From an uncultured virus (IMG/VR IMGVR_UViG_3300025018_000139) (Duplodnaviria; Heunggongvirae; Uroviricota; Caudoviricetes): DNA of 64,000 nucleotides. Shown here piece after piece: positions 52,902-62,556 of the stretch (its first letter is position 1; every line of letters starts with the position of its first letter). Location: the IMG/VR virus record IMGVR_UViG_3300025018_000139. The stretch is one strand, 5' to 3'. The translations under genes and the position numbers were made by a program. The notes beneath the pieces were generated by a model. That model was not told the origin of the DNA and searched no databases. It saw nothing but the letters and a program-made list of their open reading frames with translations.

Positions 52902-53954
52902 ATGGATTTTTTGACATTCAAAAAAGCTGCAAAATTATTGCCGGTTGAAATATCGGTAATCATGCGTGGTCGTCACGGAATAGGTAAGAGCGAAATAGCT
53001 AAAGAATTAGCAGAAAGTTTCTGTTTGCCTCTTCTTGATAGAAGACTGTCCCAGGTAACAGAAGGCGATCTTTTGGGTTTGCCAAAAGTCGATGGAAAAG
53101 CAACCAAATTCTTGCCTCCTGAATGGTTTGTAGAAGCCATGGAAAATCCTTGCTTGCTTTTTTTAGATGAGTTTGACCGAAGCACGAGAGAGGTACAGCA
53201 AGCGGCCATGGAACTTGTCTTAGATCGTTCAATTCAAGGGAAAAAAATTCATAAGGATTGCAGGGTTTATTCCGCAATCAACGGCGGAAAGCATGGGGCA
53301 ATGTATAGTGTCAATAGCATCGATCCTGCATTATATGATCGTTTCTGGATTGCGGACATTGAACCTTCTATTGAAGAATGGGTCAAGTGGGGAATGGAAA
53401 GTAAAAAAATCATCCCAGAAATACTAGATTTTATAAGAATAAACAACGATCAATTGGAAAAGGATTTATCAAAAAATAGTCATGAAATAACACCTTCAAG
53501 AAGATCCTGGACAAGGCTGTCAAAGGTTCTTCAAGAAAATCCTGATATCATTAGAACAATAAGAAAAAATGATATGTTTATACCAATTTGTACAGGATTT
53601 GTTGGAATTCATGCAACAGGGCTTTTCAAAAGTTATCTTTTGAGGCCTTTTGAGCATATTAAAGCTAAAGATATTTTGGACAATTTTGATGAGAACGAAG
53701 AAAGGATAAGGGCATTTGAAGTCGAACATTTAAACTTGGCTTTGAAGAAAATTGGAGATCATTGCAATGATCCAAATACAAAGCCGTGGACAAAATCACA
53801 AGCCAAGAATCTTGCCAAATTTTTTGATTTATTGAAGCCAGAATTGCAAATTACGTTATGGGATAAAATAACAGGAACAAAAACAAAATTTGCGAATGTT
53901 CAATTAATTTCGCAATATGTTTCAGGTGCAATGATTGGTGCGCTAACCCAATGA
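52902..53954 (+). CDS. MoxR-like AAA+ ATPase
   Basis: GRHGIGKS, GDLLGLP, LFLDEFDR, DPALYDRF and PSRRSW; coupled to the vWA gene. Confidence 0.88.
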   Translation: MDFLTFKKAAKLLPVEISVIMRGRHGIGKSEIAKELAESFCLPLLDRRLSQVTEGDLLGLPKVDGKATKFLPPEWFVEAMENPCLLFLDEFDRSTREVQQAAMELVLDRSIQGKKIHKDCRVYSAINGGKHGAMYSVNSIDPALYDRFWIADIEPSIEEWVKWGMESKKIIPEILDFIRINNDQLEKDLSKNSHEITPSRRSWTRLSKVLQENPDIIRTIRKNDMFIPICTGFVGIHATGLFKSYLLRPFEHIKAKDILDNFDENEERIRAFEVEHLNLALKKIGDHCNDPNTKPWTKSQAKNLAKFFDLLKPELQITLWDKITGTKTKFANVQLISQYVSGAMIGALTQ

Positions 53955-56314
53955 AAAAGAAAGACCAACACTTAAAAGATGAAAAATGGAATAAATACGA
54001 TATTGATCAGACCCTTGCAAAATTCAATGTCGAAGAACCATTTTACGGTCATATATCTGCAAATATAAATAAATACAAAACAAAAGACTTGGATACTGCT
54101 GGGGTTAGCGTTCAAAATGGGAAAATGTGCCTATTTTATAATGAAGAGTTTTTTCAAAGCCTAAATTGGAGAGAGAGACAAGGGCTTCTTATTCATGAAT
54201 TTTTGCACCTAATTCTTAATCATGCAACCTCAAGAATGAAAAAGGATAAAAATGGAAATCCTGACAAAGCATGGTTTTTTGCCTGCTTCCCAGAAGGAAC
54301 AATTTTAGCTGATGGAAAACCAATAGAGGAATTTAAAGAATTTACTATCGGGCGAACTGGCCTTACCAAAGTCAATGCTATAATTCCTAAAGAATACAAT
54401 GGCAAAATGATAAAAATACAATGTGGAGGAATGGAATATGTGTCAACACCAGAACATAAATTTAGAATTTGCAGAAAAAAAAACAAAAGAAGGCCAATAA
54501 AACTAAATGAGCCAGAATGGATTAGTGCTGAAGATATAAAAGATGACGATTATCTAATAATCCCAAAATTGCCAGGGGAAAAGTATGAAATACTAGATTT
54601 AGAAGAATTTATAAATTTAGAAGAAAAATCCAATGGAAGAAATGCAATTAAAAATAAAGAATTGCTTTTAGATGAAGATTTGGCATGGCTATTAGGATTG
54701 TACACTGGAGATGGCTCTGGAAAACAAACAGTTTCCATATGTCTAGGTGCTCACGAAATTAAAATAATTGAAAAAACAATAGAAATAGCTAAAAAATTAA
54801 AATATAAGACTTCTTTTGGATGTTCTCAAAAAACTGTTTCAGATATAAAATTCGGAGGGCCAACATTGGCAAAAGCATTCAAAAAATGGTGTGGAAGTGG
54901 AGCTAAAAATAAAAAGATTCCTGATTTTATATTGCTAAACGAAAATAAAAATATAGTAAAATCTTATCTTCAAGGACTTATAGATAGCGATGGCTATATA
55001 GCCAAAAAAAATAAAAACCCAACATATGGAGTAGATACAAGTTCTAAATTACTTGCATCACATATTAGATTATTATTGTCTAAACTTGACATTGGATTCC
55101 ATGGCCGAACTTGGTATCAAAAAGATAGATATATAAATAATAAATTTTATAAAGGAGGTACTCCTATGTATAGAACCAATTGGAGCTGGGAGCCTTCTTT
55201 TAGTGAAAGAAATTTTTGTGGAAAAGTAATACAATCATATTCACATAGCTGGAAAAACACTTCTGAGGGGATCGCAATTCCAATTAAGTCAATTTCTTCA
55301 GAAGAATGGTCGGGCACCGTTTACGATATAAACACTGATGATAGTTCATTTATCGTAAACGGTGCCCTTGTCCACAATTGTGACTTTGCTGTAAATTCCT
55401 TAATTGATGAAAGCAGACTCCCGCCAGGCGGACTAATACCAGGAAAATGGAAAGAAGTTTTGCCAGAGCATCGTCACCTATATTCTGCTGATACATTGGA
55501 TGCTATGGAAAAGTTTCGTAACATGGTTTGCAGTTGGTCCAAAGGAGAATCTGCCGACTGGTATTATGAGCAAATAAATGAAAATAGAGATATATTTGAC
55601 AAACTAAATAAAGAGAATGTTCTTGCGTTGTCTGATGATCATGGAAAATGGGAAGAGCTTTCCTCTGAAGAAAAAGAAATTGTTGAAAACAATGTAAATA
55701 GAATTACAGAAGAAGCTGCTGAAACATGCAACAATAGCAATCATTGGGGAAGTGTTTCATCAAAAGTTCGGGAAATTATAAATGAGATACTAAAAGGAAA
55801 AATTGATTGGATTGATCTTTTAAAGTACTTTGTTGGAAATAGCTTAACTTCGCACCAGCATTCAACCATAAAAAAGATAAATCGAAGATATCCTTATATT
55901 CACCCAGGAAAAAAAAGAATAAGAACAGCCAATATTGCTGTTTGCGTCGATCAAAGTGGCTCTATTGATAATAAGGATTTGGCAAAGTTTTTTTCGGAAC
56001 TAAATGGGTTGGCAGATCATACAGAATTTATTGTTATTCCATTTGATTCGCAGGTAATAGAAGATCAAATTTTTACATGGGAAAAAGGGCAACAGCTAAT
56101 GCCTGAAAGAGTTGCACGTGGAGGAACAGATTTTGATGTTCCAACCAATTGGACTAATGAAAATTCTGACAAGTATGATGCTGTTATTTTTATGACAGAC
56201 GGATTTTGTTCTAAACCAATTGATAGCAAAATTCCAAGATGCTGGGTGATCTCTCCGAAAGGAAGACTTCTTTTTGAAACAGACGAATTAAAAATACAAA
56301 TGCAAAATAGTTAA
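53951..56314 (+). CDS. Zincin-like metallopeptidase + vWA protein (DUF2201-like) containing an intein
   Basis: TAGV, HEFLH (HExxH), DFAVNSLI, DDHGKW, MIDAS DQSGS, GGTDF and FMTDG motifs. Confidence 0.88.
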   Translation: MKKKDQHLKDEKWNKYDIDQTLAKFNVEEPFYGHISANINKYKTKDLDTAGVSVQNGKMCLFYNEEFFQSLNWRERQGLLIHEFLHLILNHATSRMKKDKNGNPDKAWFFACFPEGTILADGKPIEEFKEFTIGRTGLTKVNAIIPKEYNGKMIKIQCGGMEYVSTPEHKFRICRKKNKRRPIKLNEPEWISAEDIKDDDYLIIPKLPGEKYEILDLEEFINLEEKSNGRNAIKNKELLLDEDLAWLLGLYTGDGSGKQTVSICLGAHEIKIIEKTIEIAKKLKYKTSFGCSQKTVSDIKFGGPTLAKAFKKWCGSGAKNKKIPDFILLNENKNIVKSYLQGLIDSDGYIAKKNKNPTYGVDTSSKLLASHIRLLLSKLDIGFHGRTWYQKDRYINNKFYKGGTPMYRTNWSWEPSFSERNFCGKVIQSYSHSWKNTSEGIAIPIKSISSEEWSGTVYDINTDDSSFIVNGALVHNCDFAVNSLIDESRLPPGGLIPGKWKEVLPEHRHLYSADTLDAMEKFRNMVCSWSKGESADWYYEQINENRDIFDKLNKENVLALSDDHGKWEELSSEEKEIVENNVNRITEEAAETCNNSNHWGSVSSKVREIINEILKGKIDWIDLLKYFVGNSLTSHQHSTIKKINRRYPYIHPGKKRIRTANIAVCVDQSGSIDNKDLAKFFSELNGLADHTEFIVIPFDSQVIEDQIFTWEKGQQLMPERVARGGTDFDVPTNWTNENSDKYDAVIFMTDGFCSKPIDSKIPRCWVISPKGRLLFETDELKIQMQNS
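54284..55378 (+). mobile_element. Intein (365 aa) with LAGLIDADG homing endonuclease
   Basis: Starts CFPEGT, block B TPEHKF, LLGLYTGDG and YLQGLIDSDG, ends VYDINT...NGALVHN with +1 Cys. Confidence 0.95.
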
Positions 56315-56471
56315 ATTTGCTGGGGGCTCTGCATTATGCAAAGTGGGAAACGTCGACAAAGAGAAACTATATAAAAAACTAAAGATGTTGCGAGACTTAC
56401 GTCAAATACAAAAAAAACAAGAAGAAGAAAAAGATGAGCATGATTACCTTCTCAGTCTCATAAGAAGTGGC

Positions 56472-56900
56472 TCATTCAACTTTGAAAGACCATAAGATAA
56501 AACCTTCTTCTTTGAATTTTTTTGGAGCATCAATCCATTCTTTAAATCCACAATCTTTTAGATTTTTGATTGAATAGTGATTATTGACGCTCGTATATGT
56601 TACAATTTGCTTAAGTCCGAGAGTCCTTCCTGCCTCTATTCTTTTTTCTATTAGCATTTTTTGAATGCCTTGGCCTCTTTTGTTAGGAGCAACTCCAACA
56701 CGTGCTAAAAAATAAGAATCGCCCATCTTGCAGGCTGATGCATAGCCAATAACCTCTTTGTTTTCGTCATAAGCAAACCACCAAGAATACTTTGGTAAAC
56801 CAAGAAGCGGCAAGAGATCTTCAGGAAAACAAATTTTATCTAAATTTCTAAGAATGCAGTGATTCTTAAATGTCTTTCTAACTTTTTTAATCTCGACCAT
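56472..56900 (-). CDS. GNAT-family acetyltransferase
   Basis: LARVGVAPNKRGQGIQK and N..SIKNL..CGF motifs. Confidence 0.88.
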   Translation of the reverse strand: MVEIKKVRKTFKNHCILRNLDKICFPEDLLPLLGLPKYSWWFAYDENKEVIGYASACKMGDSYFLARVGVAPNKRGQGIQKMLIEKRIEAGRTLGLKQIVTYTSVNNHYSIKNLKDCGFKEWIDAPKKFKEEGFILWSFKVE

Positions 56901-57195
56901 AAGGAATTATATCATGTCTACAAAAAAAGAAGAACTAAAATTTAAAATTGGAGATTTAGTAAAAATTAACTATGAACCCGAAATAGGCAGAATATCAAAT
57001 CTAAATGAACGCCAAATTGGTCGAAACATGAGACCTGCACTTATTATCAATATAATTGAAAAAGAATCAATAGGAGATTTTAATTCATTTGATACATTGT
57101 ATCGATACAATGTGCTTGTTGGAAGAGAGGTTATTGAAATTGATCAAAAATGCCTTGTTCCTATCGTTTGAAAAGAAAACGTGATATTTATAGCC

Positions 57196-57645
57196 ATGGC
57201 AACATTTGATACAAACGTTGATAATAAAAGCAGAGCAGCAGGAATCATGCCAATTTCTGCCAACTCTGGGCGGTTCCTTCTTGCATTGAGGCACGAAGGG
57301 GTTTATTCTACAATTGGAGGATATCTTCGTTGGGGCGAAAAGTGCGCAGAAGGCGCAATAAGGGAGTTTGTTGAAGAAACCATGTATGATGGCCCTCTTT
57401 TGCTTTTAAAGGGATATACTCACCAAAGTCCCGTCAAAAATTTTTCATATGTTAATTTTTTGGGAATATGCCCCCAAGAATTTGAGCCTGTTCTCGATCA
57501 AGAAAATATTGAAGCCGAATGGTTTAGTTTGTCCCAGCTCTATGCCGGAGAATTGCCTCTTCATAAGGATTTTGAGTCCTTTTTGGTAGAAGCGAGGCCT
57601 CTTATCGACTCCACCATCAAAAGTTTGGGCCTCCTAAACCCTTGA
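57196..57645 (+). CDS. Nudix hydrolase
   Basis: GGYLRWGEKCAEGAIREFVEET Nudix box. Confidence 0.85.
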   Translation: MATFDTNVDNKSRAAGIMPISANSGRFLLALRHEGVYSTIGGYLRWGEKCAEGAIREFVEETMYDGPLLLLKGYTHQSPVKNFSYVNFLGICPQEFEPVLDQENIEAEWFSLSQLYAGELPLHKDFESFLVEARPLIDSTIKSLGLLNP

Positions 57646-57670
57646 CACCCATCCTTCTAGGATCTATGCT
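57642..57670 (+). promoter_or_regulatory. Sigma70-type promoter, probably leaderless transcript
   Basis: TTGACA-N17-TATGCT, ATG 57677 after a 6-nt gap. Confidence 0.72.
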
Positions 57671-57676
57671 TGGTGC

Positions 57677-57982
57677 ATGCACCTGTTCGACCTTCATACG
57701 TTCGACCACACCACTCAGCGCCTACCAATGGATATGCTCCAGAACATGGAGTTACCAGAAGTGCCAGACGAACTAAAAGGTGTTCTTTCTGTAAATTGGA
57801 AAGGAAAATACGGAATTCCCGCACCTTCGGCTGTTGCTGCTCTGACAAACAAATCGGGCTGGCCGATGGTTGTTTTTTCAATGGTCTGGCATAGTAAAAT
57901 TATCGAAGAGGAATATCCTTTCAAAACGGCCAAAAGCGAGTTTGAAATCTTTTCACAAGTGGCCCAAGAAAATTTGGTTTAA
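57677..57982 (+). CDS. Hypothetical early protein
   Basis: ORF immediately after a promoter. Confidence 0.65.
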   Translation: MHLFDLHTFDHTTQRLPMDMLQNMELPEVPDELKGVLSVNWKGKYGIPAPSAVAALTNKSGWPMVVFSMVWHSKIIEEEYPFKTAKSEFEIFSQVAQENLV

Positions 57983-58634
57983 ATATGTAAGAATTCAATG
58001 AAGAAAACTTTAAAGAAGTTGATGCTTGCTTAAGTTATCTCACTTTTCTCACTCCTTACTTAGTCTCTCAATGGGAAAAGGAAAAAGGAGTTCTTTGGCA
58101 CCAAAAAACATTTCCTCCAAAAGGAAAAGTATTCCATATTTTTACAGATGTAACTTGTGCAATTCTTTTAGGGATATTGCTTGAAATAAACAGGCAAGCC
58201 TGGAGTTCTCGTTTCCTATATGTTAAAATGGTAGAAGATGGCACGTGGGAAGTTTGGGACATTCATCATAAAACAGGCATGTGGCAATGGGTAGCATCTG
58301 GCCCTACCGAATTTGAAGCACTTATTGAATCGTTAAAGAAAACAAAAAATGAAAAAGATTAAATTTTATTGGGACTCGCCGCTTTCTCTCTTTGATGTTA
58401 CCATTGGTGACAATTGGGAGTTTCGATTTTTTGCACCAGAACACATGCTTAAGTGGTATTGGAATCTCCGAGGTTATGAAGGAATATGGCGAGAATATTC
58501 ATTTGGAATGTTTGTTAAGTTGTCAATTGTTGATGAAGAAATGGTAAGCGCCATGGAGGAGTTCATGGACCGTCGAGGATGACCGTGGTCGACTGGACTT
58601 AGTTGTTGAAAAATCAGAAAATGAAGAATAAATT

Positions 58635-59396
58635 ATGCGAAGCGATATGGCAAAAAAGCTGTGTGAACGTCCTCGAACGAATGATGGTTGGGGTCGAATG
58701 GACACTTATGTCCGAAACAATAAAATTCGAGTTCAGGAGCTAGAAGAAGACGAAGATGGTGACGGAAATATCATTCTTGACGTTGATGACAGTGGCCGCT
58801 CACGACATCCCATGAGCATCGGACGAGGCTCAAAGGAGCTTGGAGAAAATTTGGCTCCTCTTTATCGCTTTTTGGACAAACAGGTCGGCCGCCCTTGGGA
58901 CAAGGTTTATAGCGAAATTCGAGAACAGGTTAGCGCAAATAGTGCAACTCAAATTCATATTCTTCAGCATGCCGAAACTCATGTTAGCGGATTTCAAGAA
59001 ACCTTGATTATAAAAGAAGATGGAAAGATTTATAGTGGAAATTATGGATATGAGCTTTCAAACGATGAGCTTTATATTCATCCTGAAACCAAAATTCTTT
59101 GCAAGTACAAAACTGATAAAAAAAAGTACCTATACAAATTTTGGCAAAATGTACATAATGTCAAAGAAAAAGACATTTTAAAAATTGAAGATTGTATCTA
59201 TTTCGCCAAAATGAATGGAACCTGGTATGAAATCACTTACGAGCAAAAATGGTCTCATGAAAATTATAAGTTTTCATTTAAGTCCTATTTTTTGAATTTT
59301 TGTGGACATCCTTTGGATTTCAAATACGGATACAAATTGCCATACGAAAAAAGAGCTATTCCAAAAAGCATTTTAAAGAGAATGGGACTAAAATGA
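58635..59396 (+). CDS. Conserved hypothetical protein
   Basis: ENLAPLYRFL.KQVGRPWDKVYSEI motif recalled from bacterial and phage hypotheticals. Confidence 0.6.
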   Translation: MRSDMAKKLCERPRTNDGWGRMDTYVRNNKIRVQELEEDEDGDGNIILDVDDSGRSRHPMSIGRGSKELGENLAPLYRFLDKQVGRPWDKVYSEIREQVSANSATQIHILQHAETHVSGFQETLIIKEDGKIYSGNYGYELSNDELYIHPETKILCKYKTDKKKYLYKFWQNVHNVKEKDILKIEDCIYFAKMNGTWYEITYEQKWSHENYKFSFKSYFLNFCGHPLDFKYGYKLPYEKRAIPKSILKRMGLK

Positions 59397-60700
59397 CAAA
59401 AAATAAAATCATTAAAGCAATTGAAGATCGTGGCGGAGAAGTTTTTATTGTCGGAGGAGCCGTACGTGATGATTTGCTTGGTCTTGAAAGTAAAGATATT
59501 GACTTCTTGGTCAGGCTCCTTACTTTCGATGAAATAAAAGAATCGATTTCTCACCTTGGAAAGGTTTTGGACCAAGAAGTTGGAGGCAAAGTCTCGATGC
59601 TCAAGATTACGATTGATGGTGAAGAATTTGATATCGCAATTCCTAGGACAAGCGAAGTAAGTACGGGCTCTGGGCATGGTGATTTTAGCATTGTCATGGA
59701 TCCTCATGCATCGGTGGAATCCGATTTATCTCGACGTGATTTTACAATCAATGCGCTTGCCAGGGATGCTAAAGGAAATATTATTGATTCCTTTGGTGGA
59801 CTAAAAGATATTGAAGATAAGCTTATTCGAGCAGTTGGAGAGCCCGAAGCTCGATTTATAGAAGATCCTTTGCGAATGCTGCGAGCTTTGCAGTTTGCCG
59901 TTCGGTTTGGATTTGAAATAGAAGAAAAAACTGCAAAAGCTATAAAAAATCTGAAAGGGCTCATTAAAACGATTTCAAGTGAAAGAATTTTCATGGAATT
60001 TGAAAAGGCTTGGACAAAGGGAAAAAATCAAGAAGCATTTGTAAGAATGCTTCTTGATTTTCAAATTGGAACCGAGTTGTTTGGTTCCAAATTCGAACCT
60101 ATTGCAATTGAAATCGAAGGAACAAACCAAGAAAAAGTCCTTTCGGGATTTATTAGTCTTTTTCTTTTTCATAAGCCCGGATTTGTTCTTGAGCCAGGCA
60201 TTATACAAACTACAAATAGAATGGCAAATCACTTAAGAATTGCTTGGGATTTTCTGCATTTAAAATCAGAAATTTGGAAATGGGCAGATCGTTCTCATTT
60301 AGCATTCTTTAATAAATTCTTTACAGCTTTGAAAAATAGAGAGTGTGACTGCGAAAATGGAGTCATATGGCTTTCCGAATCAGAAATCGTTGATGAATTA
60401 ACGTCGGCACGAGGAAATGGGGAATCAATTTCATTTAGCTTTGGATTCGGAGGAAAAGAAAGAACTTGGCGTGATTGTAAAAAATGCAAACCAGACTTTG
60501 AAGAAATTGTTAATTTCATCGAATTTTGCAAATCATGTCCAATGTCAGCAAAAGAACTTGATATTTCTGGGAATGAATTGATGGATTTTGGATTTGAAGG
60601 AAAAGAAATTGGAATAATCCAAAACAAAATATTGAATGCAATATTTGAAGAAGAAATTTCCAACAAGAAAGAAGAAATATTAAAATGGATTCAAAACTAA
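59393..60700 (+). CDS. Class II tRNA nucleotidyltransferase (CCA-adding/poly(A) polymerase family)
   Basis: VGGAVRD...DID, DLSRRDFTINA, EDPLRMLR, SSERI..E and ISGNELM.FG motifs. Confidence 0.92.
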   Translation: MTKNKIIKAIEDRGGEVFIVGGAVRDDLLGLESKDIDFLVRLLTFDEIKESISHLGKVLDQEVGGKVSMLKITIDGEEFDIAIPRTSEVSTGSGHGDFSIVMDPHASVESDLSRRDFTINALARDAKGNIIDSFGGLKDIEDKLIRAVGEPEARFIEDPLRMLRALQFAVRFGFEIEEKTAKAIKNLKGLIKTISSERIFMEFEKAWTKGKNQEAFVRMLLDFQIGTELFGSKFEPIAIEIEGTNQEKVLSGFISLFLFHKPGFVLEPGIIQTTNRMANHLRIAWDFLHLKSEIWKWADRSHLAFFNKFFTALKNRECDCENGVIWLSESEIVDELTSARGNGESISFSFGFGGKERTWRDCKKCKPDFEEIVNFIEFCKSCPMSAKELDISGNELMDFGFEGKEIGIIQNKILNAIFEEEISNKKEEILKWIQN

Positions 60701-61384
60701 AAGAGAAATATGATGTTGTTTATCGCAGGATTGGAGGAGTTGGCGTCGCTGTAATTCGACGAAATGAAGAAGATATTCTTTCCTGGCTTCCTCAGCAAAA
60801 CTTCTCAGGAGAAGATGGAAGCCCTATCTCAAGAAAACAATGTCCAGATGCCTGGAAGGTCGCTGATGTTCTTTCTTCGACTCATTTGCTAGTTTATCTT
60901 GCTCGAAAAGAAGCAAGAACTCTTGCAAAAATGTTTGCACGTGATTGCCAAAAGATTCCTAGGGGTTTTACTTCGCTAAAAATAGACGAGCATAATTTAT
61001 TGCTTTTTTGGGTTTATCAATGCATGAAAGAAGAGCATCTTCGAGGAGTTAAAGCAGGAATTAATTTTAAGCATGAAGACTCTCATGTTTCTCATGTCTT
61101 TGAGATGTTAAGATGGGAAGATGATGGAACCGAGGATGAAATATGGGGTGGCTACAAAAAAGGAAAAGAAATCATTAAAAAACTTTGTATTAAGGCAGGA
61201 ATGAAGGAATTTACAAAATGAATATTTTAGCTTGTGGATGTGGTGGAATTCTTGAAATTGCAATTGGTGGATTCGGAATGTTTATGGCATCAGTTGTTGG
61301 AGTAATGTTTTGGATTCGACAAAAAATAGAGAGATATTTATGATGACCCTCCCGAAGGAGGAAAATGAAAAAAGGAATTAGAAA

Positions 61385-61762
61385 ATGAGCACATTTGATT
61401 TTAATGATGGAAAAGGTCCGGTTGCCGCAAGGCGGCATAGAAATCCTGATGGTTCAATCGGTGGTTGGGTTGCAGATTCAGCTTTTGTTTCTAAAGATGC
61501 TTGGATTGGTGAAAATGCCAAGGTTTTTGGAAATGCTAAAGTTTATGGAAATGCAAAGGTTTATGGAAATGCTTGGGTTTGGGGAGAAGCTTATGTTTTT
61601 GGAAATGCTTGGGTTTCTGGGAAGGCTAAAATTTTTGGAAATGCTAGAATAAGAGGAAAATCAAAGATAAAGAAAAAGATTTTTCAATTTGATTTCAATT
61701 ATTCTTTCGTCGAAGAATTTGAAAAGATTGAAGAAAAGGAATTAGAAAATGAGCACATTTGA
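61385..61762 (+). CDS. Hexapeptide-repeat protein, copy G
   Basis: Conserved head, repeats and FQFDFNYSFVEE tail. Confidence 0.9.
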   Translation: MSTFDFNDGKGPVAARRHRNPDGSIGGWVADSAFVSKDAWIGENAKVFGNAKVYGNAKVYGNAWVWGEAYVFGNAWVSGKAKIFGNARIRGKSKIKKKIFQFDFNYSFVEEFEKIEEKELENEHI

Positions 61763-61973
61763 TTTTAATGATGGAAAAGGTCCGGTTCCGGCCCATCGGC
61801 ATAAGAATCCTGATGGATCGGAAGGCGGTTGGGTTGCTGATTCAGTTTTTGTTTCTAAAAATGCTTGGGTTTCTGGTGGAGCTATGGTTTATGGAAGATC
61901 AAAAAAAAGCAGCCAAATGGCTGCTTCTTTTTCATTTATCAAATATTCGAAGCAATGCCAGCAGCAGCTATGA
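61749..61973 (+). pseudogene. Hexapeptide-repeat protein, copy H, truncated tandem copy
   Basis: Intact head, about 2-3 repeats, then runs into a terminator; family tail missing. Confidence 0.75.
61901..61932. terminator. Bidirectional terminator
   Basis: A-run-GCAGCCA-AA-TGGCTGC-TTCTTTTT between convergent genes. Confidence 0.75.
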
Positions 61974-62181
61974 GAGTCAGTCCAGCCTCTCGTGCATCAT
62001 TATCAAGCGGAGGAGGCAATCTCTCAGCTAATGAGCACAAAACCCAGCCAGGGGAAGAGCCAGTTCCAGACACAATAGAAAAAATCTCTTCGTCAGTAAG
62101 TTTTCCAGTCTGGACTTCTCTAACAATTACAGAAACTGCATTAGCAATTTCCATTCTTTCATGATGTGACAATTTCATTTA

Positions 62182-62556
62182 TCACCAGCCCATATCTTCG
62201 TCGTCATTGTCTGGCCCGAAATCTTGGCGATCAGCCTCATAATCTTCAATGGCCTGATAGATTTCATCAAAATGAGTCTCGCAAAGTTCGTCAAGTTCAG
62301 CTCCAGTGCGCGTGAACTTGTCACCAGACACCCAAGCGACGGTCACAGTGACTTCGGCCGGATCTCCTGGGTGGTGGTAAGTGTGAGGGGTTCCAGGCTC
62401 AAAGTCCCAGTCTTCCAAATGTAGCTCAAGAGTGTCCCCAACAATTTCTCCGTCTTCATCGATTTCGATGCCAGGAATTTCCAAGACAATTCGACCTCGG
62501 TCCTGTGGGTTGAGCCGTCGCTTGGGGGTCTCTTTTTTGGTGGTCTTGCGTGCCAT
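62182..62556 (-). CDS. Acidic hypothetical early protein
   Basis: TGGACA-N16-TAAGTT 6 nt upstream of the ATG; D/E-rich. Confidence 0.7.
   Translation of the reverse strand: MARKTTKKETPKRRLNPQDRGRIVLEIPGIEIDEDGEIVGDTLELHLEDWDFEPGTPHTYHHPGDPAEVTVTVAWVSGDKFTRTGAELDELCETHFDEIYQAIEDYEADRQDFGPDNDDEDMGW

Noticed and set aside
948..62031. +1-frame ORFs reading (F/M)LEMLRF over each repeat gene (948, 2215, 7419, 7605, 26290, 61395, 61759)
   Set aside because: Shadow frames produced by the stop-poor 18-nt repeat; broken by stops in some copies and with no independent RBS
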